A stretch of DNA of 64,000 nucleotides from Eledone cirrhosa (GCA_964016885.1 OZ024753.1:42036001-42100000); one strand, 5' to 3'; shown: positions 1-13,745, counted from the first letter of the stretch. Numbers and translations: made by a program. Notes: generated by a model from the letters alone, not told the origin.

Positions 1-380
1 AGATACACACTGACATCTACAGGGACGTATACGCACACATACTCACACTAACATACACACTGACACCTACAGGGAGGTATACGCACACATACCGACACTA
101 ACATACACACACACACACACTCACATACACACACACACTCACACATTCACATACACACTGACACCTACAGGGAGGTATACGCACACATACCGACACTAAC
201 ATACACACACACACACACACTCACATACACACACACACTCACACATTCACATACACACTGACACCTACAGGGAGGTATACGCACACATACTCACACTAAC
301 ATACACACACACACTCACATACACACTGACATCTACAGGGACGTATACGCACACATACTCACACTAACATACACACACAC
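1..380. repeat. CA-rich minisatellite with a ctgacacctacagggaggtatacgc core
   Basis: The core recurs 5 times. Confidence 0.8.
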
Positions 381-680
381 ACATATATATATATGTGTGT
401 ATATATATATATATATATACAGGGTGTCCCAAAAAATGTATACATATTTCAACAGCATTCTAATAAATATTGCCTGTACAGGTAATCAAAGTGTGTATAC
501 ATTTATATATATATATATATAGAAAGAGGATTTGCTTCGAAATCACTAGACGTATCTGAGGAACTTGCGAATCCAGAGTCAGGTTCGATCCACAAACAGA
601 TCGCACCTCGAGCCGTTCACCGGAGAAACATTTGTAATACGTAATAAATTGTGTTCCGATGCATCACTGATTCTTCGTTT

Positions 681-771
<91 letters not shown>

Positions 772-776
<5 letters not shown>

Positions 777-954
777 AACGAGTAGGACCCCGACGGCTGA
801 GCTCAAGCCGTTTCGACGGGTAATTCTGGACGTCGAAACAGCTTGAGCTCAGCCGTCGGGGTCCTACTCGTTCCTATTACCCACTCTACTACCCTAAGTA
901 TTGAGTACTTTGGTGCGTTATGGTCCACCTGGTTCCTTACCACATTTCCTTCGT
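772..954 (+). mobile_element. TA-embedded hairpin element family H1 (other copies 32786-32975, 33055-33199, 46309-46486)
   Basis: An ~50-bp inverted arm followed by a shared tail (tacccactctactaccc..gtattgagtact..ttatggtccacctggttccttaccac), flanked by (TA)n. Contains GAAAC-stem-GTC. Confidence 0.75.
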
Positions 955-1289
955 TATATATATATATATATATGTGTATATATATATATGTATATATGTA
1001 TATAATTGTAGTCACCTCTCAATATATATCGATAGGTGACCAAAGGCTTAGTAGTGGTCAGATAAAAGAAAGTACCAGTAACGCATTGGGGTTGATTTAA
1101 TCGACTTTCTCCTCCCCAAAAAAACTGTTGGTCTTGTGCTTTAATCAGATATCATTATTGGTGGATTGGCAGTATCGGTAGAGGGTTGGACGCCATGTTA
1201 GGGGGGTGGATTGGCAGTATCGGTAGAGGGTTGGACGCCATGTTAGGGGGGTGGATTGGCAGTATCGGTAGAGGGTTGGACGCCATGCT

Positions 1290-1480
1290 AGGGGGGTGGA
1301 TTGGCAGTATCGGTAGAGGGTCGGACGCCATGCTTTCTAGCACAGTTATGTCCCTTCACGGTCTGAGTTCAAATCCCGTCGAGGTTAACTTTGCTTTTCA
1401 TCCTTACGGGGTCGATAAAATAAAGTACCAGTAATGTACTGGTTAATTGCTGGCCTTGTGCCAAAAGTAGAAACAATTAT
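1290..1480 (+). mobile_element. tRNA-derived SINE family A, preceded by ~3 extra 48-bp head duplications from 1157
   Basis: A box tggcagtatcgg, B box gagttcaaatc, central gctttcatccttacggggtcgataaaataaagtaccag, end ggccttgtgccaaaagtagaaacaat. Confidence 0.8.
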
Positions 1481-1539
1481 TGTTATTATAATTTGTTGTT
1501 GTTACTGATGTTGTCGTTTCACTATGGTGGCCTATATAG

Positions 1540-1617
<78 letters not shown>

Positions 1618-2084
1618 CGGTGTCTTTACAGATCAACCAACCAAGAGCTTATATTGAAATATTTGTTTTTGGAAAAGTCACGTACAAATAGGATAGAAAA
1701 CCTCTTTAGGTCCCTGGGGGTGGGGCTGGGATGTACTGTATAAGATAGCAAGAATGTCGAATCTAGGTATTTCAAGTTGTTTCAGTTGGGTCAACCGTGA
1801 AACAACTTCGTTTCATTAGCTAGAGAATAACAAATAATTGAAGGTCAATCTAATTAATTCTAACCCAAACTGCCCCAAACCGCTTCAAACCACCCCTGGT
1901 TCTGTGGGACAAAACTGTGTATTTTAAAGTATTTATATTTATCTAATGATTTATCATCATAAGTTTATGTAAAAACATTTGTTAATTTATGCTCGAAAAA
2001 CCAGCTTAATAAGGATAAATTTAGTTATATTATTAAATCTTTCCAAATTCTTGACTCTCTTCAGAATTATTTGAAAAACCATAG

Positions 2085-2290
2085 GCAGTGTCTTTCATTT
2101 GTAATTTGTTAACGAAAGGGTTAAAGACACTGACAGTGTTTTTCATTAGTAATTTGTTAACGAAAGGGTTAAGGACATAGATAGTGTTTTTCATTTGTAA
2201 TTTGTTAACGAAAGGGTTAAGGACATAGATAGTGTTTTTCATTAGTAATTTGTTAACGAAAGGGTTAAGAACATAGGTAATGCCTTTCAT
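2085..2290. repeat. 48-bp tandem repeat (4 copies) containing a piggyBac-like end motif
   Basis: gtaatttgttaacgaaagggttaa; the same motif appears inverted at 2482 and 56762 (ttaacc(c/t)ttcgttacc). Confidence 0.75.
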
Positions 2291-2574
2291 TAGAAATACG
2301 ATGATGAATGAGTTAAGGGACATAAATTCATACCTTGGTTGTATTTGTTGACCTGAGGTAAAGGAAGGTACGGTCATAAAATCTAAGACGCGTGTGGGTT
2401 AAACTATTTATAAAACAGCGAAAACTGCAAAAAACTGTATTTAAACCAACCTACAGTTTTGTTGTTTATAGGTAAATTTATTTAACCCCTTCGTTACCTT
2501 ATTTTTAATTAAAGACATTACCTACCAATTTCAATAAATTTTGTAGTATATCACAACTGAAGATGCAACACAGA

Positions 2575-2990
2575 AGCTTGGCTGTACTATACCACAACTA
2601 GAGGTGTTTAGTGTAACACAGGAGCCAGGCTGTACTATACCACAACTAGAGGTGTTTAGTGTAACACAGGAGTCAGGCTGTACTATACCACAACTAGAGG
2701 TGTTTAGTGTAACAGGAGTCAGGCTGTGCTATACCACAACTGAAGGTGTTTAGTGTAACACAGGAGCCAGGCTGTACTATACCACAACTGAAGGTGTTTA
2801 GTGTAACACAGGAGCCAGGCTGTACTATACCACAACTAGAGGTGTTTAGTGTAACAGGAGCCAGGCTGTACTATACCACAACTAGAGGTGTTTAGTGTAA
2901 CAGGAGCCAGGCTGTGCTATACCACAACTAGAGGTGTTTAGTGTAACGCAGGAGCAAGACTGCACCACAACCACAACTGAAGGTGTTTAG
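2575..2990. repeat. 46-48-bp tandem repeat, ~8 copies
   Basis: ggctgtactataccacaactagaggtgtttagtgtaacacaggagcca. Confidence 0.9.
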
Positions 2991-4364
2991 AACCTGTCCT
3001 AATATTTCTCTCCACACTTTCTTTATTCGCTTTATTGGCTACAGAATAATGGTGTCAATATCTCTCAGCTTTAAGCAACACATATACAGACACACATACA
3101 TACAGACACACATACATGCACACTCACGTACACACACAAACACACATATACACATCTCATTGGAAACCACTACAGACAGACAAGACGTTCTGGTTGGTAT
3201 GACTCACAACTTAATTACATCTTTACCATTATTGGAATCTGTGTATTTCAAGAGAGTTCGTGTTTAGGAACAACACAAAATATTTCAGTCATTGGTAAAC
3301 CGTTCAGAAATAAATTTTGTCATAATAAAAGAAACAACAAATAACAACAAACAAAACAACCCCTCTACATAAATTCAGTTTGTTTTGTTAATAACAACTT
3401 CGTTCCTTGCTGAATTGCTTAATATTTTAGTCCTACAAAAGCAGATTTTCAAAAAAGGTAGTTTTTCTTCTTTTACATTCTTTCATTGTTTTTCACTTTC
3501 TTTCTTTCTTGTCTTCTATCTTTTTCCTTCTCTTTTTCCCCCCTTCTCTCTCTCTTTCTTGTTTCTATATTTTTCCTTCTTTTTCTCTTCCTCATTCTCT
3601 TTCTAATTCTCTTCTCTCTTCGTATTTCTGTTTAGAAATATTTTCATTTTATTGTATAATTCTTCTGTTTGTTGGTAAATTTCTGGCCATGTAAGTACAA
3701 ACAAATTTTAATCCGTGTAAATGATAAATATAAACCTCGATCTTTCTAAAAAGGTATTTTTTCCTTCTTTTTTTTTCCTTTTTCTTTCTCCCTTCCTGTC
3801 TTTCTATTTATCACTTTTGTCTTCTTCGTTTACACAGACAATATTTTAATTCGTACAAAGGAATAAATATAAACGGATAAATATAAACTCGGTTTTTCTT
3901 TTCTTTTTGTTTTAAATATAATAAATATTGATTATTTTTTTTTAATAAGAAATTGATTTATTCGGTTCCTGTCTCAGTTGTTGCAGATCTTGTACTTTAA
4001 TATAAATATTGAGGAACTGGGAGAGACGAGACACCACCACGTTGAAGGATGTTCTTGAAGATGACACCCGGGGCTGGAAGCAAGGGAAACATTCCGGGAA
4101 ACACCGGGGAAGGAAACAGGGGGAGGAACTTTGTCGTCGGGGGCACCGGTCAGACGGTAGTCAGTGACCTGGAGGGAGGGACTTTGTCGTCGGGACACCG
4201 GTAACGTATGTATAGAAGAAGAAGAAGAAGAAGAAGAAGAAGAAGAAGAAGAAGAAGAAGAAGAAGAAGGCTGATTATGAAGGGGTGATGCTAGGGCTGT
4301 GAAATCTTGCATGCCTTAATTTCAACTCTTCTTATTAATAACTGCGTTGGTTTTTTTTTTTTCA

Positions 4365-4575
4365 GGGACTATGTTGAACAATAAACCTCATTTGGTCATT
4401 CCATGAGAGTATCTTGGTCAGACTATGTAGGAGTGATGCTAGGGAACATGTTGAACAATAAACCTCATTTGGTCATTCCATGAGAGTATCTTGGTCAGAC
4501 TATGTAGGAGTGATGCTAGGGTCTATGTTGAACAATAAACCTCATTTGGTCATTCCATGAGAGTATCTTGGTCAA
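4365..4575. repeat. ~78-bp tandem repeat, 3 copies
   Basis: atgttgaacaataaacctcatttgg at 4371, 4448 and 4526. Confidence 0.88.
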
Positions 4576-4779
4576 CCTATAAGCTTTTCAACCGATCCTC
4601 ATAAAGTATTTTGCTAAGCTTACTTCTCCTAAAACATTTTCTTTTAAATTCTAGATTTCCCCCCTCAAATAACTTCTATGGATTATTCTCTGGTTCAATA
4701 ACAATGATCAAACTTATACTTTTATTGGGAATACATTTCGTTAGGTTTGGTGAAGATATAAAAAAAGATTATTATTACA

Positions 4780-4960
4780 ATTGGCAGTATCGGTAGAGGG
4801 TCGGACGCCGTGCTCTCCAGCATAGTTACGTCCCTTTACGATCTGAGTTCAAATCCCGCCGAGGTTGACTTTGCTTTCATTCTTACGGGGTCGATAAAAT
4901 AAAGTACCAGTAATGTACTGGGATAATTTCTGGCCTTGTGCCAAAAGTAGAAACAATTAT
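4780..4960 (+). mobile_element. SINE family A
   Basis: Near-identical to 1290-1480. Confidence 0.8.
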
Positions 4961-5169
4961 TACAGTCGAATCACATGACAGGAATTGGTGTTTAAAAGGA
5001 GGCACGAGTATAAAGACTAATGGAATAAGATGGTCATGTTGTAAGGTTGTCCCCCTCTCTCTCCCTCTCCCCCTCTTAATTAGTCATTAAGTCAATTAAG
5101 TGTTGTCTTTCTTCACTCTCTAATTCACACACATCTTCCAGTACATTTAATTCCTGTTCCAATGTCCCT

Positions 5170-5815
5170 CCCCACCCTCGATCTGCTCCGACATCTCTCC
5201 CTCCTCGACCTGATCTGACGTCTCTCTCCTCCCTCGATCTGATCCCACGTCTCTCTCCCCCTCGATCTCTTCCGACACCCACATCTCTCTGCCCCACGAT
5301 CTGCTTCGACGTCTCTCCTTCCTCAATCTGATCCGATATCTCTCCCTTCTTCGATTTGATCCTACGCCTCTCTCCCTGCCTCTATCTGATCCCACGTCTC
5401 TCTCTCTCCCTTCTTCGATTTGATCCCACGCCTCTCTCCCTGCCTCTATCTGATCCCACGTCTCTCTCTCTCCCTGCCTCGATCTGATCCCACATCTCTC
5501 TCTCTCCCTGCCTCGATCTGATCCTACGTCTCTCTCCCTGCCTCGATCTGATCCTACGTCTCTCTCCCTGCCTCGATCTGATCCCACGCCTCTCTCCCTG
5601 CCTCGATCTGATCCCACGCCTCTCTCCCTTCTTCGATCTGATCACACGCCTCTCTCTCTGCCTCTATCTGATCCCACGCCTCTCTCCCTGCCTCGATCTG
5701 ATCCCACGTCTCTCTCTCTCCCTTCCTCGATCTGATCCCACGCCTCTCTCCCTGCCTCGATCTGATCCCACGCCTCTCTCCCTGCCTCGATCTGATCCCA
5801 CGTCTCTCTCTCCCA
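5170..5815. repeat. ~30-bp CT-rich minisatellite
   Basis: cctgcctcgatctgatcccacgcctctctc. Confidence 0.85.
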
Positions 5816-6074
5816 CGAATTACTCCGACGTTTCTTTCCATTGATCTTCATAAAATTCTAGTTTCTATAATTACTTCTTGAAAGAATCTCCACAACCAAC
5901 GTTGATTAGCAAGTCTGTAATTTTCATGCCGTCCATTTTATGTTCTTCTCATGTTTTTTATTAATTTATTTATTTATAAATATCTCCATCTAACAACGAC
6001 AACATCGTCTTCTCCAACTCAGGAACAAAACATTCACTCCTTCATTAGAACATGCACGCTACTTTATTGAACGT

Positions 6075-6169
<95 letters not shown>

Positions 6170-6496
6170 TTGCGTGTGTGTGTGTGGTTGTGTGTGTGTG
6201 TGTGTGTGTGGTTGTATGTGTGGTTGTATGTGTGTGTGTGTGTGTGGTTGTGTGTATGTGGTTGTATGGTTGTGTGTGTGTGTGGTTGTATGTGTGGTTG
6301 TATATGTGTGTGTGTGTGTGTATATGTGTGGTTGTGTGTGTGGTTGTATGTGTGTGGTTGTGTGTGTGTGTGTGTGGTTGTGTGTGTGGTTGTGTGTATG
6401 TGTGTGTGGTTGTATGGTTGTGTGTGTGTGTGTGCGGTTGTATATGTGTGTGTGATTGTATGTGCATGTGTGTGTGCATGTGTGTGTGTGTGGTTG

Positions 6497-6532
<36 letters not shown>

Positions 6533-6559
6533 GCTGTATGTACATGTTTATGTGTGTGT

Positions 6560-6716
6560 TTGGAAGTGAGGTGGCAAGATCATATCGACAATGTCGAAAT
6601 GCTCCGTCATAAACAATCCATGAATATCGAAACCATTAGAGCCAGACGTCAACTGTGTGAGACTTCACACATAATACGCATTTCCGATGTATGCATAGCG
6701 AAGAAGATTCTACAAA
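6560..6716 (+). mobile_element. Degenerate RTE-clade LINE ORF fragment
   Basis: VRWQDHIDNVEML...IETIRARRQL...HIIRISD..IAKKIL resembles the post-RT region of RTE/BovB-like LINEs. Confidence 0.55.
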
Positions 6717-6932
6717 TATTTATTGCGTTTTTACGAAGTTTAATCATTTTTTTTTCTCTCTTTCGGCCAATGGCAACTCCTTTTTCCGTCTTTAAGGGTT
6801 TTCACCCTATTTTATAAGGTATTTTATAGCAGCTCTGCGCATGAGCACGCCATTCTTTATATTAACATATATGGAAATATATATTCCTTTTCTTAAATAC
6901 TTTTCTTTCCTGTTCTCAAATCGGTACTTTGT

Positions 6933-6983
<51 letters not shown>

Positions 6984-7269
6984 TGTGTGTGCGTGTGTGT
7001 GTGTCTGTGTGTGTGTGTGTGTGTCTGTGTATGTGTGTGTGTGTGTGTGTGTATGTGTGTGTGTGTGTGTGTATGTGTGTCTGTGTGTGTCTGTGTCTGT
7101 GTCTGTGTGTGTGTGTCAGTGTATGCGTGTGTGTGTCTCTGTGTGTCAGTGCCTCTGTGTCTATGTGTGTCTCTCTGAGTGTGTGCGTCTCTCTCTCTAT
7201 CTTTCTCTCTCTCTTTCTCTCTCTCTTTCCCTCTCTCTTTCTCTCTGTCTGTATCTGTGTGTGTCAGTG

Positions 7270-7317
<48 letters not shown>

Positions 7318-7619
7318 AGTGCCTCTCTCTCCCTTCCTCTCTCTGTAAGTGTGATAGATAAGACAAATGTGTATAAGACAAAAGATATGAGGATATTATA
7401 ATGTTTCTGGGGCGGGAATATGTGAGTAAATTAGGGATAAAAGGGAAGTGTTGAAGGAACAATGAGTTGGTATGTAAATAAAGTAGAAGGATTAATGAAG
7501 GGGTGGGGGTGACGGCATTGGGGGTGAGGGGAGGGGAGTAGCGGCATTAGGGGTTAGGGAAGGAGGTGGTAACGATATTAGGGATGGAGGGGTGACGACA
7601 TTAGGGAGTTGAGGAAAGG

Positions 7620-8205
7620 AAGGGGGTGACGATATTAGGGGGTTGAGGGAAGGAGGGGGTGACGATATTAGGGGGTTGAGGGAAGGAGGGGGTGACGATA
7701 TTAGGGGGTTGAGGGAAGGAGGGGGTGACGATATTAGGGGGCTGAGGGAAGGAGGGGGTGACGATATTAGGGGGCTGAGGGAAGGAGGGGGTGACGATAT
7801 TAGGGGTTGAGGGAAGGAGAGGGTGACGATATTAGGGGTTGAGGGAAGGAGGGGGTGACGATATTAGGGGGCTGAGGGAAGGAGGGGGTGACGATATTAG
7901 GGGGTTGAGGGAAGGAGGGGGTGACGATATTAGGGGGTTGAGGGAAGGAGAGGGTGACGATATTAGGGGGTTGAGGGAAGGAGGGGGTGACGATATTAGG
8001 GGTTGAGGGAAGGAGAGGGTGACGATATTAGGGGGTTGAGGGAAGGAGGGGTGACGATATTAGGGGTTTGAGGGAAGGAGGGGGTGACGATATTAGGGGT
8101 TTGAGGGAAGGAGAGGGTGACGATATTAGGGGGTTGAGGGAAGGAGGGGTGACGATATTAGGGGTTTGAGGGAAGGAGGGGGTGACGATATTAGGGGTTT
8201 GAGGA
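7620..8205. repeat. G-rich 32-33-bp minisatellite, ~17 copies
   Basis: gggggtgacgatattagggggttgagggaagga. Confidence 0.92.
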
Positions 8206-8254
8206 TGGAAGACGGCAGATAGAGGGTATATAATTTGTGTGATTGAACAGTCAG

Positions 8255-8344
<90 letters not shown>

Positions 8345-8424
8345 GGTAAACAGAAATAACAACACAATCGGTACAGTATATGGAAGGTATATATTAGGTT
8401 AACGCTTGATATAGCAGGAAGAGG

Positions 8425-8462
8425 CTCTTAACGTTTCGGACGTTAGTCCTTTATCAGAAGAA
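8425..8462 (-). ncRNA. Minimal (dimer-type) hammerhead motif with a G8A core change
   Basis: Minus strand: UUCUU-CUGAUAA-aGGAC uaac GUCC-GAA-ACGU-U-AAGAG, with palindromic ACGU as stem III. Confidence 0.6.
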
Positions 8463-8588
8463 AGAATGAGAAATAAGATAGATTGAGGGGACGGGCGGGT
8501 TGTAATTGGAAAATATGTCTTTAGATAAAAATAACAGGTCCATTCATGTTGACATCTCTTATATATATATATGCGGGGGGGGGGGGGC

Positions 8589-8621
<33 letters not shown>

Positions 8622-9207
8622 TATATAGATAAAATACAGGAAGCATCAACCGTTAAGGTTGTCTTTTTTTCCGGGTATGTCAATATTTATTTATAAAACA
8701 AATCTGTATTTTATCTGATGAAAGCGCACCATAATTTGCTTTGGTTGCCCTTGAAATATGTATAATAAAATATATATGGTTTTGTAAATATAGTTTCCAT
8801 TTATTAATATATTGTATATATATATGTATATATATATATACACACACATACATATATATGTATGTGTGTGTGTGTATATATGTGTGTGTGTATGTGTGTA
8901 TCACTCACTAGTTTTCTCCCTTATACGTGTTACATAGGTCTTTCTCTCTCTCTCCCTTCTTCTCTCTCCCTCCCTCTCTCTCTCTCTTTCTTTACACCCC
9001 TCCCTCTCTTTCTATCCATTCCTTCTTCACTCTCACATCCTCCTCTCCTCCCTCCCCCTCTCCCTCCTTACTCTCTCTATATCTCTATCTCTCTATATTC
9101 TCTTCTTCTCTCCTGTGGAAAGTCTTTAGTTACCAAAGTCTGTCATATTGGAACCACTTCACATTCTTCAGATCTTCCACTCAGCTCCTGCAGCCATCCA
9201 ATAATCA

Positions 9208-9242
<35 letters not shown>

Positions 9243-9358
9243 CTCACACACACACACACACACACTCTCTCACACACACACACACTCTCTGTCTCTCTCA
9301 CACACATACACACACACAATCTCTCTCTCTCTCTCTCTCTCACACACATACACACACA

Positions 9359-9389
<31 letters not shown>

Positions 9390-10669
9390 TCTCTCACACA
9401 TACACACACACACACACACTCTCTCACACACACACACACACACTCTCTCTCTCACGCACACACACACACACACTCTCTCTCTCTCTCACACACACACTCT
9501 CTCTCTCTCTCTCACACATACAAACAGACACGCACACACACACTCTCTCTCTACAACACACATTGGAAGAAGAAGAAGAAGAAGAAGAAGAAGAAGAAGA
9601 AGAAGAAGAAGAAGAAGAAACTAATTCTTATGGACCACACAAACCGACATTCCTCTCAAAAGATGGACGTTTCTCAGCAAGATTACCTCCCTTTTTTTCT
9701 TTTTTTTTATCTGTCCTGCCCCTATGTTATCTATCTATCTATTTATCTACCTACATATATATATATATATATATATCTACCTTTGGTGAAAGAGGTTATA
9801 TGGTGGACGAGGTTAAAAGGGCTGAGGTGAGACACCTTTCTCTCCGGCGAGCAACTGATTCGTTTTTTCAAATATCATTTTGGAAGAAGAATCAGGATGG
9901 CGAGAGGTGCTGTACCCCAGCAAATGTTATAAAAGGTGGGTGAATGTGGCAAAGATGGCCCGAGTGGTTGGGCCTTCTCTCTATATAAGCCTGTAGGTTG
10001 AGGAAAAAGAGGCAGAGAGGAAGGGAGTACTCACTCTTGGTGCTCCTGGAGATGAGAACTACATTAATGGTACACGTGCCTTTGGAATGCTAAGTCACTT
10101 GCATGTTGATAAGTTGAGAAACGGGAGCTGGTTAAAAAATGAATTAATTGTACTGGGAATTCAAAGGGTCTGCGTTGTGAGACATTGTCTCACAAAGCTA
10201 ATCTCTCTCTGTCTCTCTCACACACTCTCTCTCTCCCTCTCTCTATATATCTATCTATCTCTCTATCTATCTCAGAACTACGTTAGAAGTACTTCACGCG
10301 TCTGTAAAATGGTTGAACATTTTGAGGGACAGGGTTTTTATTTTAGTTGTTGGAACAATTAGAACTGTCATAGTCGGAACTGACGGAGGCCCAACGGCAA
10401 CAACAACCACAACAATAATAAATATTTCTAGTACAGGCACAAGGCCAGTAATTTTTTTTTTTTTTTTTGGTGGGGAGGGGAAAGTCGACTAAATCGACCC
10501 CAGTACATTACTGGTACTTTATTTTATCGACTCCGTCAGGATGAAAGGCAAAGTCAACCTCGGCGGGATTTGAACTCAGAACTGAAAGAGCTTGAACAAA
10601 TACTACAAAGTATTTAATAATGATAATAATGATGATGATGATGATGACGATGATGACGATGACGACGAC

Positions 10670-10716
<47 letters not shown>

Positions 10717-10717
10717 C

Positions 10718-10751
<34 letters not shown>

Positions 10752-11172
10752 GTGATGATGACGATGATGATGGTGATGATAGTAATATAGATTGTTAAGT
10801 TCTTTAACAGAAGAAACTACGAAGTTAAGTGATTCTAAGAAAACTGTGTAAGATAGGTTTTTTGGTAAATTTCCCCGTTTGACAGCTGCTAATATTGCTG
10901 GGGCTATTTCCAGTCCCGTCTCATCTTTTATTGTAATCTCTAAAGTTGGTGTTTCTGATAAACACTGAAGATAATATTACTTTAAAAGACTTTAAACAGA
11001 AACAGAGAATAGACTACCAAAATATATATTATTAAACAAAGAAACAATCATTTTAAGAAGCTGTTAGGTTTAGTAAATTTGTATTTAGAAAGTATGTTAT
11101 GATAGCTTATACTAAGCTGCTACAACGCAGGCTTGACTATAAAATCACTCGAATAAATTGAGTGTATAAAAC

Positions 11173-11452
11173 CAGTCATGGGCAACCTGCGGTCCTCGAA
11201 GCTTTCTGAATGGCTCGCCTAAGTCATCAAAGTGAAATCTTTCTGATTTTTTTACCCCATCTTTTCAGTGGTAATTCATCTTTCTATGCTTTCTACGATC
11301 GAGGAAAACAAGGTGTACGAATTCTGAAGAAACAAATCAAAACAACCTTTTTTTTTTAATGTGGGCACAAGTGTAAATTAGCGCTTGCGGCCCGCCTGAT
11401 GATGAGTTATATCTCATGCAGCCCGTTTCTAGAAAAAGGTTGCCGGTGCCTG
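11173..11452. mobile_element. hAT (Charlie-like) MITE
   Basis: TIRs cagtcatgggcaacct / aggttgccggtgcctg, subterminal gcggccc motifs, and a near 8-bp TSD (gtataaaac / gtataaac). Confidence 0.6.
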
Positions 11453-11619
11453 GTATAAACCTTCTAGAGTCGGGCGGGGTAAAAATGAAACAGAGATGCC
11501 TGTGGGAATCGAACTCGCATCTGTCGTATGCCAGAGGACTGCATTACTTTTACTCCAAAGCGAGACTGACCACTTTCCCGATATTTTTAAACCTTATTTA
11601 TCACTCATGTTGTGTAAAT

Positions 11620-11810
11620 AATTGTTTCTACTTTTGGCACAAGGCCAGCAATTACCCAGTCCATTGCTGGTACTTTATTTTATCGACCCCGTAAGGATGA
11701 AAGGCAAAGTTAACCTCGGCGGGATTTGAACTCAGATCATAAAGGGAGGTAACTCTATGCTTCAAAGCATGGCGTCCAGCCCTCTACCGATACTGCCAAT
11801 CCACCGCCCT
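11620..11810 (-). mobile_element. SINE family A
   Basis: Reverse complement of the family A consensus. Confidence 0.8.
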
Positions 11811-11917
11811 TGCGTTGTGTAAATAATGAACGGTCGTTTTATGAAATGTTGAGCAAATTTGAATTGTAGAAGTATGTTAGCTTATAGTCAAATCTGCTAC
11901 AACGCAGATTTAACTAT

Positions 11918-11955
<38 letters not shown>

Positions 11956-12095
11956 TATTGCAACCACAGTCGAACATTCCTGACAAAGTCTCTCCGCCAT
12001 TCCTCCTGGCAACTATATCGTCTGAGAGTTGTTCGATGAAGGTTTCAGCAGTTTTTCTCTTCTCTACTACGTCTCCCGTGAGTTGGTTCCCACAA
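11918..12095 (-). mobile_element. RTE-type LINE 3' end with (GAT)n tail
   Basis: LLWEPTHGRRSR / TFIEQLSDD across a frameshift, followed by a trinucleotide tail. Confidence 0.55.
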
Positions 12096-12444
12096 TAAAT
12101 AGACAGACAGGCAGACAGGCAGACAGAGAGATCGACAGGCAGATAGATAGACAGGCAGATAGACAGACAGACAGACAGACAGAGAGATAAATAGACAAGC
12201 AGACAGGCAGGCAGACAGATAGATAAATAGACAGGCAGACAGAGAGATAGATAGAATGACAGATAGAATGACAGACAGACAGATAGACAGAATGACAGAC
12301 AGACAGACAGACAGGCTGACAAACAGAGAGAGAGAGAGAGGCGGACGGACGAGTAGATAGCTGGATAGTGCAATTCTGTGGTAGGGGGGAATAATTGCGC
12401 AAAGACAATCGGAAAACCAATCAGCTGAGAGAATCGAACCGTAA

Positions 12445-12475
<31 letters not shown>

Positions 12476-12504
12476 CTTCTTCTTCTTCTCTCAGTAATTC
12501 CTGT

Positions 12505-12746
12505 GGAGGCACATGGCTCAGTGGTTAGAGCATTGGGCTTGCAATCGAAAGGTTGTGAGTTCAATTCTCAGACCGGGTGATGTGTTGTTTCCTTGAGCAA
12601 GACACTTTATCTCACGTTGCTCCAGTTTACTCAGCTGTAGAAATGAGATGATAGGGACTGGGGTCCCTATCATTAAATAATCCAACACACCTCCAACGAG
12701 ATATACCTTGGAGGAGGCCAGCTAAACCTGCAGAGGTGTGAGCTGT

Positions 12747-12747
<1 letters not shown>
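12505..12747 (+). mobile_element. tRNA-derived SINE family B
   Basis: A box tggctcagtgg, B box gagttcaattc, conserved ccttgagcaagacactt core, end ggtgtgagctgtcaca. Confidence 0.8.
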
Positions 12748-12779
<32 letters not shown>

Positions 12780-12849
12780 ACACACACACAGGTGTGAGCT
12801 GTAACATACACACACACACATACACACACACACACAGGTGTGAGCTGTA

Positions 12850-12889
<40 letters not shown>

Positions 12890-12951
12890 ACACACACAGG
12901 TCTGAGCTGTCACATACACACACACACACACACACAGACAGGTGTGAGCTG

Positions 12952-12992
<41 letters not shown>

Positions 12993-13059
12993 TACACACA
13001 GGTGTGAGCTGTCACATACACACACACACATACACACACACACACAGGTGTGAGCTGTA

Positions 13060-13103
<44 letters not shown>

Positions 13104-13160
13104 ACACACACAGGTCTGAGCTGTCACATACACACACACACACACACAGGTGTGAGCTGT

Positions 13161-13193
<33 letters not shown>

Positions 13194-13286
13194 ACACACA
13201 CAGGTGTGAGCTGTAACATACACATACACACACACACAGGTCTGAGCTGTCACATACACACACACACACACACAGGTGTGAGCTGT

Positions 13287-13317
<31 letters not shown>

Positions 13318-13338
13318 ACACACACAGGTGTGAGCTGT

Positions 13339-13369
<31 letters not shown>

Positions 13370-13529
13370 ACACACACAGGTGTGAGCTGTCACATACACA
13401 CACACATACACACACACACACAGGTGTGAGCTGTAACATACACACACACACACACACACACACATACACACACACACAGGTCTGAGCTGTCACATACACA
13501 CACACACACACACACACAGGTGTGAGCTG

Positions 13530-13576
<47 letters not shown>

Positions 13577-13583
13577 TGAGCTG

Positions 13584-13621
<38 letters not shown>

Positions 13622-13745
13622 ACACACACAGGTGTGAGCTGTAACATACACACACACACACACACAGGTCTGAGCTGTCACATACACACACACACACACA
13701 CAGGTGTGAGCTGTCACACACACACACACACAGGTGTGAGCTGTA

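Noticed and set aside
557-660. Hammerhead spanning CTGAGGA (557) to GAAAC (625)
   Set aside because: The intervening sequence does not form a convincing stem II and stem I does not pair.
6045-9943. Many VC/HT/YI/LS ORFs here and throughout the window
   Set aside because: Dinucleotide microsatellite translations.
10030-10127. Minus-strand exon-like segment with acceptor and donor
   Set aside because: Stops in all three frames and no linked gene; at most a non-coding exon.
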